This document shows positions 17,932-26,442 of a DNA stretch of 64,000 nucleotides, in pieces. The stretch's first letter is position 1, and each line of letters starts with the position of its first letter. The notes below the pieces were generated by a model. That model had not been told where the DNA came from, searched no databases, and worked only from the letters and a program-made list of their open reading frames with translations. The stretch is from positions 37,269 to 101,268 of the IMG/VR virus record IMGVR_UViG_3300025646_000015, one strand, 5' to 3'. The DNA is from a virus. The position numbers were made by a program, and so were the translations under genes.

Positions 17932-18534
17932 TTATTTTTGGTTATTTAATAATGAACCAATTAAATCAAATGTTTTTTCATTCTTTGTAAGAACCCCAAG
18001 ACCATGAGAATGCTTAAAATTAAAATTATAAAATTCATCTTTGATCTCATCAAAAAATCTTCCTACATCCTTTGGAAATGAAATTGTGTCGTGAAATAAA
18101 ATTAAAGCATCTTCGTTACAATGATCAATCCAGTTTGTGAAATCTGATTTTACAGCATCGTATGTATGAAGTCCGTCAATGTGTAAAATATCTATTTTTT
18201 TATTCCAAGTTTTAGATAGTTCGGTGAAATCACTTTTTATAATTTCTACATTATCTATGTCATAGTGTGATTCCATGTCCGATTGTAAATTTTTAACAAT
18301 TTCATACGTGTTTCTATATTTTGCGTGTTCATCACCTTGAAACCAATCGACTCCATAAACTTTTCCAATTTTTGGTTGGGCAAAGCAAAAAGTGGAAAAT
18401 CCGTAGTCAACTCCAAGATCAACTACAATATCTGGTTTTAAAATTTCAACCAAATTCATTGCAAATTCTCCGTGACCCATCCATGCAGTTCCATGCACAC
18501 TTATTAATTTTTTAATGTATTTAACTCTGCTCAT
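17932..18534 (-). CDS. class I SAM methyltransferase (Methyltransf_24)
   Basis: VDLGVDYGFST, GVDWF.GD, IDILHIDGLHTYDAVKSD, LFHD, HGLGV. Confidence 0.9.
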   Translation of the reverse strand: MSRVKYIKKLISVHGTAWMGHGEFAMNLVEILKPDIVVDLGVDYGFSTFCFAQPKIGKVYGVDWFQGDEHAKYRNTYEIVKNLQSDMESHYDIDNVEIIKSDFTELSKTWNKKIDILHIDGLHTYDAVKSDFTNWIDHCNEDALILFHDTISFPKDVGRFFDEIKDEFYNFNFKHSHGLGVLTKNEKTFDLIGSLLNNQK

Positions 18535-18564
18535 TATATTTTATATTTTAAATTGTATTGTTTA

Positions 18565-19242
18565 TCAATTGGAGAACAACCAAAACTCAGCACTGTAGAA
18601 TGGGGACTGCTTTAATTTACAATCTGAATATTTATTTAATTGTACATACTTAATAGGACAGGGCAGACTTTTTAGATGATCGGAAGTTGACCACCAAAAA
18701 TTACCGCTGTAATGGTTGCCACGAAAATCTATACCAGTATGGTTTTTGTTATTCAAATCTTTTTGGCACTTTCTCCAATTTGTTATTAAAGTGTTAGACA
18801 TTGCTAATCTCCAATCCTCTCGGCTGTTGTAATACATATGAGCGCCAGAATGCACAGAGCCTTTTCCGTGAAGATATAATATATTCGCAGGATTTTTTAA
18901 CGCATTAATTTGATCATGCATGAATTTAAGAGTGTCAGCCTCAAGCCCTGTTTTACCAATTAGAAGTCTGTGATTATTTTCAATCTCAATGGGAGTGAAT
19001 GAACTTATATACTCCCGCAATTCTTGATTAAGATATTGATGCAAATTTATTTTAGACAATTTACTTGCAAATGTTTGTTGAATATTATGCCTATGCTCTT
19101 GCATATTTGCCCCAATAATATTAATGTGTAATTTGTTTATATTTTCATACAAATCTGACTTTATAATTTCATCTAATGTTCTAGAAAGTATATCGAAAGA
19201 TTTATCTGTACAAAAGTAATGATAGTAAATTATTTTATTCAT
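18565..19242 (-). CDS. conserved phage protein, putative glycosyltransferase-related
   Basis: E..TL, ILYLHGKG, WR..M, HYSGNFWW, AEFW motifs. Confidence 0.5.
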   Translation of the reverse strand: MNKIIYYHYFCTDKSFDILSRTLDEIIKSDLYENINKLHINIIGANMQEHRHNIQQTFASKLSKINLHQYLNQELREYISSFTPIEIENNHRLLIGKTGLEADTLKFMHDQINALKNPANILYLHGKGSVHSGAHMYYNSREDWRLAMSNTLITNWRKCQKDLNNKNHTGIDFRGNHYSGNFWWSTSDHLKSLPCPIKYVQLNKYSDCKLKQSPFYSAEFWLFSN

Positions 19243-19778
19243 TCTACATTATATATTTCTGTATTGGGTTTAGGTATAAATTTTACACTATCATTTACTA
19301 TATGATCATCCCATATGATCTTATTTGTTGGTTGCGCGGCAAAATTGCCCTCGTTTAATTTGATAAAATGAAATGGTTTGTAAAACTTTGGGTCTTCTGC
19401 TCGATCTGAGCCATAAGGTTCTAAGGTAAACATATATTGACCATGATGAAATTCTTTATTTTCATCAAAAAACTTACAATTCATATATTTGAGATAGTCG
19501 TATTCAATAACACTGTTAGAATAGCTAAATGAATCATAAGTCATTAAGAATGATAAATCTCTTTGTGGAGCTTCCTTGAGCCAGCAAAAGGCATGTAAGG
19601 GTAACTTTGTATATACCGCGCCATTTTCAATCATAGCTACAAATGTCATAGCTTGATTTTTGATTGTATGGACGCCGAAAATTACACAATTTAAATGATC
19701 GGGTATATCTTCAGAATTAGAAACAAATTCTCTCCTCAAAAAGCATTTGATTGCTGGAGTGTTATTGCATAACTTCAC
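19239..19778 (-). CDS. conserved phage hypothetical protein
   Basis: GAVY.KLPLHAF, Y.FT, GNFAAQPTNKIIW motifs recalled from aquatic phages. Confidence 0.6.
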   Translation of the reverse strand: MKLCNNTPAIKCFLRREFVSNSEDIPDHLNCVIFGVHTIKNQAMTFVAMIENGAVYTKLPLHAFCWLKEAPQRDLSFLMTYDSFSYSNSVIEYDYLKYMNCKFFDENKEFHHGQYMFTLEPYGSDRAEDPKFYKPFHFIKLNEGNFAAQPTNKIIWDDHIVNDSVKFIPKPNTEIYNVE

Positions 19779-20476
19779 ACATCTTTAGGTTTTTTTTTCT
19801 TTTGCGCTTTTTTATATGCTTCTGGATCTGGGCGATCTTTATCTCCAGGTTTTGCTGGACGATAGTTTTTACCTTCCCTTTTTTTCTTTTCTCTAATGTT
19901 ATGCCAAAGGCCTTTGCCTTCAGCCTCTGATTTCTCTTTAGGTTCTTCTTCTTTTTTGGAATCTTTATCTTCTGCTTTCTTGGGATCTTTGCCCTGTTTT
20001 TTTAAAATTTTCTTTTGCATTTCTGGGGGAAGTTTTTTTTGCTGCTCAGTTAATTCGGCATCAGATTCATCTAAATAATTTAAGAGATCTTCATAAGTTT
20101 CTTCGGAACCCTTTGTGACTTTAGTAACACTTTTCTTGCTCCACATTTTACATGACCAATAGCGGGCTTTTGTTTTTGGTCCTGGATTTTCACAATTATG
20201 TCTCGCGCGAAAAGATTTCCTGCGCTCAGGACTGTCTCTTTTGATTTCCATATTGGGGTCTCCAAAATTAACTTTAACGACATTACCCTTTTCGTTTTTC
20301 ACATAGACCGAAAACTTCTTTGGTCCGCCTGGTGTACGAAAAGGTTTGTTTAAAGTCTTGCCCTTTGTTTTTTCTTCGGCCCAAGCTTCTTCGCCAATTT
20401 CTTCTTCGTTCCCAACTTCGGCAGCAAACGCTTTCTTGATTTCTGAGGAAAAATCTATTTCATGTTTGTAATTCAT
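19775..20476 (-). CDS. conserved basic phage protein (RRKSFRARH.C...ARYWSC domain)
   Basis: LNKPFRTPGGPKKFSVYV...FGDPNM...RRKSFRARHNC...YWSC; GLW.NI..K motif; start moved to ATG 20476. Confidence 0.7.
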   Translation of the reverse strand: MNYKHEIDFSSEIKKAFAAEVGNEEEIGEEAWAEEKTKGKTLNKPFRTPGGPKKFSVYVKNEKGNVVKVNFGDPNMEIKRDSPERRKSFRARHNCENPGPKTKARYWSCKMWSKKSVTKVTKGSEETYEDLLNYLDESDAELTEQQKKLPPEMQKKILKKQGKDPKKAEDKDSKKEEEPKEKSEAEGKGLWHNIREKKKREGKNYRPAKPGDKDRPDPEAYKKAQKKKKPKDV

Positions 20477-20492
20477 GTGTAATATATATTGG

Positions 20493-20798
20493 ATGGTAAT
20501 AATTGATTCAAGATTAACTGCTCCACCTAGTGAAGTGTGTCTCTTTAGAGAAATTACACTATTCACGCGAGCTTTTCTGCAAGAAAATATAGTTTTAGAA
20601 TGCAGAAGGGAAGAAAGAGATTTTTACTATAAATGGTTGAAAAATAAAGCGGCATGGGATTATGTTGAGGATTTTATACAACCAAAATCTGAAAACGGGA
20701 GAATTTCTATAAGAACTAAAGATGGAGATATAACCATAGATAGAATTAACTATCAAAATATAAATTTTATATTGCAAAGATTAGGCATATGGACATAG
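20493..20798 (+). CDS. hypothetical protein
   Basis: GTGTAA (20477-20482) 10 nt upstream of ATG 20493. Confidence 0.6.
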   Translation: MVIIDSRLTAPPSEVCLFREITLFTRAFLQENIVLECRREERDFYYKWLKNKAAWDYVEDFIQPKSENGRISIRTKDGDITIDRINYQNINFILQRLGIWT

Positions 20799-20989
20799 GC
20801 AAAGAAAGATTATTGCATTTTATAGTTTTTTTATGTTTCATGCTTATTTATATATGTTATGAAAAAAATAAAGAAAACGAAAAATTAAAAGACATGGTAT
20901 ACGAAGCAGAAAAAACCATTGGCATACAAAACCAAGTTATTATTAATCAGAAACATTACATAGAGGCAATTAATAAATTTATAAATTAA
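20789..20989 (+). CDS. small membrane-anchored coiled-coil protein
   Basis: N-terminal TM LLHFIVFLCFMLIYICY followed by a coiled coil. Confidence 0.5.
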   Translation: MDIGKERLLHFIVFLCFMLIYICYEKNKENEKLKDMVYEAEKTIGIQNQVIINQKHYIEAINKFIN

Positions 20990-21522
20990 CGATATTCTTT
21001 TTTTAAGAGTCTCCACCTGTCGGAGTCAATTGGTTTATCTCCTGAATCTATAGAATTAATCATGTTAATAACCTCTTCTATTGAGTTATATATATATTTA
21101 TGAGGAATCATGCCAAACATCCATAATGGGGTTTTTACTTTACCGCCTTCGATGCTAATAAAAATTGGTTTTTTCATCCTTACAGCAGTCACAATTTCTT
21201 CTGCACTACCCCAACTTGCGACTTCTGGAACTAAATGAGCAATAATAAAATCACTTCTATCTACTAAATTTAGATCATAAGATCTTATAGTCTTTAGTTT
21301 TTCTGAAAGTACATCATATTTTTTATTTTTTAATAAAAAGTCCATTTCTGTTCGAGAGTTTTCACTCTCATCAACGTCTTTCACAAAAGGTTTATCGTAT
21401 GGATTAAAGCATAAAATATTAAGTTTGCTCAACTCTTTAGTAACTTCTTTTCTCCAATTTCTTCCATTAAGATACTGCATATGTCCAACCAAATAAACTT
21501 TGGTTTTCTGCAATAAATTCAT
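20986..21522 (-). CDS. nucleoside 2-deoxyribosyltransferase-like / nucleotide N-glycosidase
   Basis: KVYLVG, NPY, DL..VDRSD.IIA, SWGSAEE. Confidence 0.75.
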   Translation of the reverse strand: MNLLQKTKVYLVGHMQYLNGRNWRKEVTKELSKLNILCFNPYDKPFVKDVDESENSRTEMDFLLKNKKYDVLSEKLKTIRSYDLNLVDRSDFIIAHLVPEVASWGSAEEIVTAVRMKKPIFISIEGGKVKTPLWMFGMIPHKYIYNSIEEVINMINSIDSGDKPIDSDRWRLLKKEYR

Positions 21523-21525
21523 ACT

Positions 21526-22275
21526 TTAATTTTTTAAAAGTTTGATTATCTCCCTAGCTATTTTAGGGGGTATATCTTCATAAGAAGACCAAGAAGATGG
21601 ATCAAATTCTTTAAGATCAATGATATAGATACCGTCTTTATGCCATTGCCTTAATTGATCTAGGAAATTTTCAAAACTTGAAAGACCGAATGCCTCCGCA
21701 CTGGATTTCACGAAACCTTGAGGCGTTAGTGATGAAGATGGATTTGATAATGAAGGATTAGATAAACCTGACTTATCAATTTCATCGTCTCCGACAATAT
21801 GGATATTAAGAAAATTTCTAACACATCTCACAAAAGCTCGATTACAAGCAATTGTCTCTAAAAACTTAGTGGCAAAACTGCTGGTATTATTTAATGTAGC
21901 ATTTGCCGCGTCTTGGAATAAAACAGATTCAAAACTTGTTTCATAATTAGGAAGAAACTCTATAGAGCATAAAACTGAAACATGAAAGTCTTCGCACTTA
22001 ATAAAGTCATATTTTACACTTTTAAAACCTCGAAGCTTTGCCAATTCTTTTATGCCTCCTAATTTAATTAACAACTGATGGTCTTCTAATCCATCAATAG
22101 ATTTAGGCATAGGTTTCTTTCTTAGTTCAAACCAACTCTTGTTTGGGAATAAGAATTCATCTTTAACCATCGCTCTCCAATTGACAGAGCCATCTTCAGA
22201 AAAATTATAATTATAATCTTTTATTAGCCCCCTGTCGTCACGCTGGAAATTTAATTTTAATTGATTTTCTTGCAT
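21526..22275 (-). CDS. putative ssDNA-annealing protein (Rad52/Sak-like fold)
   Basis: GGIKELA, A.NRAFVRCVRNFLNI..VG.DEI pattern; replication context. Confidence 0.4.
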   Translation of the reverse strand: MQENQLKLNFQRDDRGLIKDYNYNFSEDGSVNWRAMVKDEFLFPNKSWFELRKKPMPKSIDGLEDHQLLIKLGGIKELAKLRGFKSVKYDFIKCEDFHVSVLCSIEFLPNYETSFESVLFQDAANATLNNTSSFATKFLETIACNRAFVRCVRNFLNIHIVGDDEIDKSGLSNPSLSNPSSSLTPQGFVKSSAEAFGLSSFENFLDQLRQWHKDGIYIIDLKEFDPSSWSSYEDIPPKIAREIIKLLKN

Positions 22276-22280
22276 AATAT

Positions 22281-23381
22281 TTAAGATGTTTTATAAAAAA
22301 AGAAAAAATCTTGATCTTCCCACAAGTCAGAAGCATCAATGATTGATTCTAGTTCACCTGAGGATTGTTGACCAATGACCCAGTGAGCCTTACTGCAAAA
22401 CTCTCCGTTTTTGGAAAACAAACGTTTAGATGAAAACATCTTAGTATTATCGCAAAATTCAATAGAATTGTCAATATCTTTTTTTGTTTTTTTAGGGTAG
22501 TGAAAAATAGTTTCGTCAATGTATTTTAGCCTAACATCTTTTAATATATCTTCATTATCAACATACAATTCATATGGAACATTATAGTATTTTAATGTTT
22601 CAACAAATGTAAAATCTTGATCTAAAGAGTTTTTCATGTTGACACAGAATCGTAAATTTCCATGCCTTGCTAAATTAATAAATTCATTAGAAAAAGGTTT
22701 GTCCGTAATAATACTCGCGACCCTTTGATTGCAAAAATTTAAAATTTTATTCTCATCAAAAGATAAATCAGCTCGTATATTTAAACTAGATCTAGGGAAA
22801 AAATTTGGAGCAGGATCAAAATCAGGTATAACTTCGATTACATCTTGATTAGATAAGTTTCCTCTATAAATGTTATTTAGCTTGTTTAACTCGTGATCAA
22901 TCCCTAGGATGTTTAAAATTTTAGAAGCAATATTTGAAGTACTGATATTAATGTAGTTATTGTTGCATTCTAGGTAATCACCTTTGTATTTGGGCCAACA
23001 AAACTGACCAAAGTCTTTGGGGAAAAGACAAAAGCTTGGAACATTAAAACTATTTGATACATAAGTAAAATGATCGTACTCGGAAATGTGACATAAAGAT
23101 TTAGATATTAAATAAGAGTTTTGATTGAAAGAAAGATTTTTTTTATCTACAACGTTATATAAAGAATCTTTACAGTTTCCTATTAATAGAACCTTAATGT
23201 CTTGTTTCTCAAGATAGGGTAGGATTAATCTAATAACTTCATTCCAGTACTTGTAAAATTTTTCATTATCAAAAGAAATGCTTACATAATTTTCATGCAA
23301 ATTTGGATAAAAACAAGGGTTTACAGAAATTTCGTCGAACTTCAATGCAGAATACAGAGAGAATTTTTCCAATTTGTTCAT
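22281..23381 (-). CDS. GT9-like (heptosyltransferase C-domain) protein
   Basis: YKYWNEVI..I...L, LSFNQ.SYLI..S..HI..D, VP.F.LF. Confidence 0.5.
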   Translation of the reverse strand: MNKLEKFSLYSALKFDEISVNPCFYPNLHENYVSISFDNEKFYKYWNEVIRLILPYLEKQDIKVLLIGNCKDSLYNVVDKKNLSFNQNSYLISKSLCHISEYDHFTYVSNSFNVPSFCLFPKDFGQFCWPKYKGDYLECNNNYINISTSNIASKILNILGIDHELNKLNNIYRGNLSNQDVIEVIPDFDPAPNFFPRSSLNIRADLSFDENKILNFCNQRVASIITDKPFSNEFINLARHGNLRFCVNMKNSLDQDFTFVETLKYYNVPYELYVDNEDILKDVRLKYIDETIFHYPKKTKKDIDNSIEFCDNTKMFSSKRLFSKNGEFCSKAHWVIGQQSSGELESIIDASDLWEDQDFFFFYKTS

Positions 23382-25267
23382 TGAGAAGATAGATTAATTA
23401 ATTTGTTTTCAATACTGGAAGATGGGGCTTGAACCAAATCAAAATTATAATAATAATCAAAATACTGAAGCATAGTTTTCTCTGAAGAAAATTCTTTTTG
23501 GTATGGAATCATTTGATATATACAAGGATGTCCAGACAGGATCGAGTGATGAGTCAATTTTGTAGAAAAATAAACATCAACATTATGAAACTTATTCTTA
23601 AAATCTTTGATTAAGGATGAAACTAATAGCAAATCTTCTATAGAATTAGTAGAAACAAACAAAGCTTTCTTATTTTCGTTTTTTGGAAAAATATCTTCTA
23701 TGCCAATTTGAGCATCTTTTTTTTCAATTTTTGCATTCTCGGAATGAGCTACTGATTTAAAATAATTCAATATATTAGATCTAGACATTCCATTTCTGAT
23801 TTGATTCATCCAGTGCTTGTGTCCATCATCATAATGATCAAGATCAATTTTTAATATATTTTTATATATATCAATCAGCCAAGAAGAATCATCCTGACTG
23901 TTATTGGGTGAATATTCTGGGTCGCGTTTCTCCAGGTCAAAAGAAAAGTCTTCAATATAATCCATGGAATCAAATATTTCTTCAAGTTTTTTGCCGATAA
24001 CTGGAATAGAATAGTTGTCAATAACATATTGTCTTGATTTTTCCCCCATCATTTTGCGTTGATTAAAATCCATCTTAAAGACTTTTTTTAAATTTTTAAA
24101 AATACTTTGAGGGGATGTACTGGCTTTAATAAATTGAGTGCCAGGTTCTCTGTACTCAGACCAATCAAGTGGTAGTCCCCCGCTGTCTTTATTGCAAGAA
24201 TCTATTCCGCAAGAGTAATTAGTAACTAAAGTTATAAGTTCTGTAAGCTTAGCTTCTTGTATAGGTATTTCCTGTCCGCCACTAGTGAATGGATGGCAAT
24301 AAACATCCATTAAATTATATATCTCATTCAACTGCTTTTCATTAACACCATGACTTATGTTTACGGTGTTTTGAGATTTAGAAGATCCGCATATAGGGCA
24401 ATCTTTCTCTTGTCCAGTGAAAGGCTTAATTTCATAATTAGAACAATTAGGGCAATAATAAGTGCAGAGAATATCTCTTGGATCAATTTGTTTTTCTTTA
24501 ATTAAAGAAACAATATCCCAACCTTCAGAAAAATTAGTGTGCAACAAAAGCTTGGCTTTGCTTTGGGGATAATTTTTTTTAAAAATCCTAAAACCTTCTA
24601 GCAAATTAGGAACACTTTTTCTCAATTGATTTCTAAAAACAAATCCTATAACAAAAGAATCTTCATCAATTTGAAAACGCTCTCTAAGCGATGATCTCTT
24701 AACAGAATCAAGCTTAAAAAAGTTAGTGTCATCAACCCCGCCATGAAGAGTCTTTACATGATTGATTCCATAATCTTCTTTAAAAGATTGTTCGGCAAAG
24801 CTTGACCAAACATAATAATTCTTAATTTTACTCGCAGATTTTACAGCATCAGGCAAAAGAGGAAGGCTATCAAGAGTAGTCCATACCATGGAATTTATTT
24901 TATTCCACCAATCTTTTTGAATAAAAGGGGAAAGTCCCCATATATCTTCAACACCTAAATATATATCAGGCTTTTCTGTTTTTATTACTTGATCAATCTG
25001 GAAATGTCCATATTGAGCAGACCTAGAAAGATTAGGGTCAGAAGTTAATCTGTCTAACTCTTCTTGAGAGCTTGGCAATCCACCAATAGCTTTCCATGGT
25101 AAAGTTTGTAAAGCTTGGTGTCCATTGGCAACCCCATTGCTTAATTCAATTATTTCATACTTGCCAGTTGAGGCCAGATATCTTAGTATATTTTTGGCAT
25201 TCTTGCCGAAACCAGTAAGGACTCTTGAGTAATTACTGTGAAAGATTATTTTTTTCTTTCTTTTCAC
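23378..25267 (-). CDS. multidomain GT-B (GT4-like) glycosyltransferase with Zn ribbon, DUF4214-like helix bundle and GT9-like tail
   Basis: TGFG, RNQLRK, CPNC...CPIC, IYNLMDVY.HPFTSGGQEIPIQEA; IY..IL...DG..HW.....G.SR. Confidence 0.75.
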   Translation of the reverse strand: MKRKKKIIFHSNYSRVLTGFGKNAKNILRYLASTGKYEIIELSNGVANGHQALQTLPWKAIGGLPSSQEELDRLTSDPNLSRSAQYGHFQIDQVIKTEKPDIYLGVEDIWGLSPFIQKDWWNKINSMVWTTLDSLPLLPDAVKSASKIKNYYVWSSFAEQSFKEDYGINHVKTLHGGVDDTNFFKLDSVKRSSLRERFQIDEDSFVIGFVFRNQLRKSVPNLLEGFRIFKKNYPQSKAKLLLHTNFSEGWDIVSLIKEKQIDPRDILCTYYCPNCSNYEIKPFTGQEKDCPICGSSKSQNTVNISHGVNEKQLNEIYNLMDVYCHPFTSGGQEIPIQEAKLTELITLVTNYSCGIDSCNKDSGGLPLDWSEYREPGTQFIKASTSPQSIFKNLKKVFKMDFNQRKMMGEKSRQYVIDNYSIPVIGKKLEEIFDSMDYIEDFSFDLEKRDPEYSPNNSQDDSSWLIDIYKNILKIDLDHYDDGHKHWMNQIRNGMSRSNILNYFKSVAHSENAKIEKKDAQIGIEDIFPKNENKKALFVSTNSIEDLLLVSSLIKDFKNKFHNVDVYFSTKLTHHSILSGHPCIYQMIPYQKEFSSEKTMLQYFDYYYNFDLVQAPSSSIENKLINLSSQ

Positions 25268-25276
25268 TACGCAAAA

Positions 25277-25846
25277 TTAAAAAGGATCTTCTTCTGTAAT
25301 TTCTGCCTTAGGGGAATTGTCTGATTGATAATTTCGACTTGAATTAATTTGATAATCGATATAGGAATCAATGTATTTAATCAATAGTCTTTTTAGTACT
25401 TCAAGTTCTCCAGGTTCAAGCGCTATTTTTATGTTTACTGACTTATTTTTAGATAAAGAAAAGCCAAAACAGGGAACAATAACATCTGATTCCTCAAAAG
25501 ACTTACTAGAAGAATTGTAACTAGAAACTTTAGAGTTCTTGTCCCAAGGAGTCAACTTGATTGTCGTTGTATTCTCTCCATATGAATGAAAAGAAGAAAA
25601 CTGAGTTCTATTATTTAGAGCATTAAGGAACTCTCCTGCTTCATTATGATTAATTTTAGTATTAATCGTTTTTTCTGGGTTTTTAGCGTTACCAGAAAAA
25701 GATCCAGTTTTCTTTGAATCGTTCCACCCATGCTGAGCTATAGAGCTGATATAAAATGAAGGGGCATTATTTTTTTCTTCAGACAAAGAAAATGTAAATG
25801 CAGATCCAGAATTCTTGCTGTTAGGTTTGTAAAATTGAATAGACAT
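25277..25846 (-). CDS. putative single-stranded DNA-binding protein
   Basis: beta-rich body with an acidic C-terminal EEDPF tail like SSB DDIPF; replication context. Confidence 0.5.
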   Translation of the reverse strand: MSIQFYKPNSKNSGSAFTFSLSEEKNNAPSFYISSIAQHGWNDSKKTGSFSGNAKNPEKTINTKINHNEAGEFLNALNNRTQFSSFHSYGENTTTIKLTPWDKNSKVSSYNSSSKSFEESDVIVPCFGFSLSKNKSVNIKIALEPGELEVLKRLLIKYIDSYIDYQINSSRNYQSDNSPKAEITEEDPF

Positions 25847-25848
25847 AA

Positions 25849-26442
25849 TTATGAATTGGCTAGTTTTTCTTCGACTTTAAGCAAGATATCTAAAACTTCA
25901 TGCTCGTAACGAGTGTGTGTCCTCATTTTTTCAGCATCATCTGAAATATTGGACATTTCTTGAACAAATCTAGCATAAATTTCTTCATATCCATTAAAGA
26001 AGCAAACTTCTCCAGAGAAAAATTTTCTAACTTCTTCATTAGCTTCTTTGGGGGCTACTCCAGCAGTCGGCCTAAGTTTGTGGGTAACAATATAAGATGT
26101 CGCATCTTCTTGTTCTTTAAATGTATTTTCATTTAGAAGACGTTCTTCTTTTGATGGCATTAATGTGATACTGATAACTTGATTGTCTCGTTCGCAAACC
26201 AAGAATTTATAACCTTTAGTGACTTCCAACTTCTTTTTTGTTAAAAAAGATTTTAATTCTTTAACATCGCTACAATAATTCCATTCCCTTTCTTCATAAT
26301 TTTCTCCACAAGGATGGAATTCAACTAACCTGTCCCCAAGATGGGTAACTACAAAATTAGAATTCTGAGGCGAGTCTAGATCATTTACATGAATATCTGC
26401 TTCAGCTGCGTTTTCTTTGTCGATTTTATTTTTATTTTTCAT
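25849..26442 (-). CDS. hypothetical protein (translationally coupled to clpC)
   Basis: 197-aa ORF overlapping the clpC stop. Confidence 0.6.
   Translation of the reverse strand: MKNKNKIDKENAAEADIHVNDLDSPQNSNFVVTHLGDRLVEFHPCGENYEEREWNYCSDVKELKSFLTKKKLEVTKGYKFLVCERDNQVISITLMPSKEERLLNENTFKEQEDATSYIVTHKLRPTAGVAPKEANEEVRKFFSGEVCFFNGYEEIYARFVQEMSNISDDAEKMRTHTRYEHEVLDILLKVEEKLANS

Noticed and set aside
16415-20559. GTGTAA occurrences at 16415 and 20554 as promoter sites
   Set aside because: They lie 65-80 nt from the nearest start rather than 8-11 nt, so they were not counted with the motif set.
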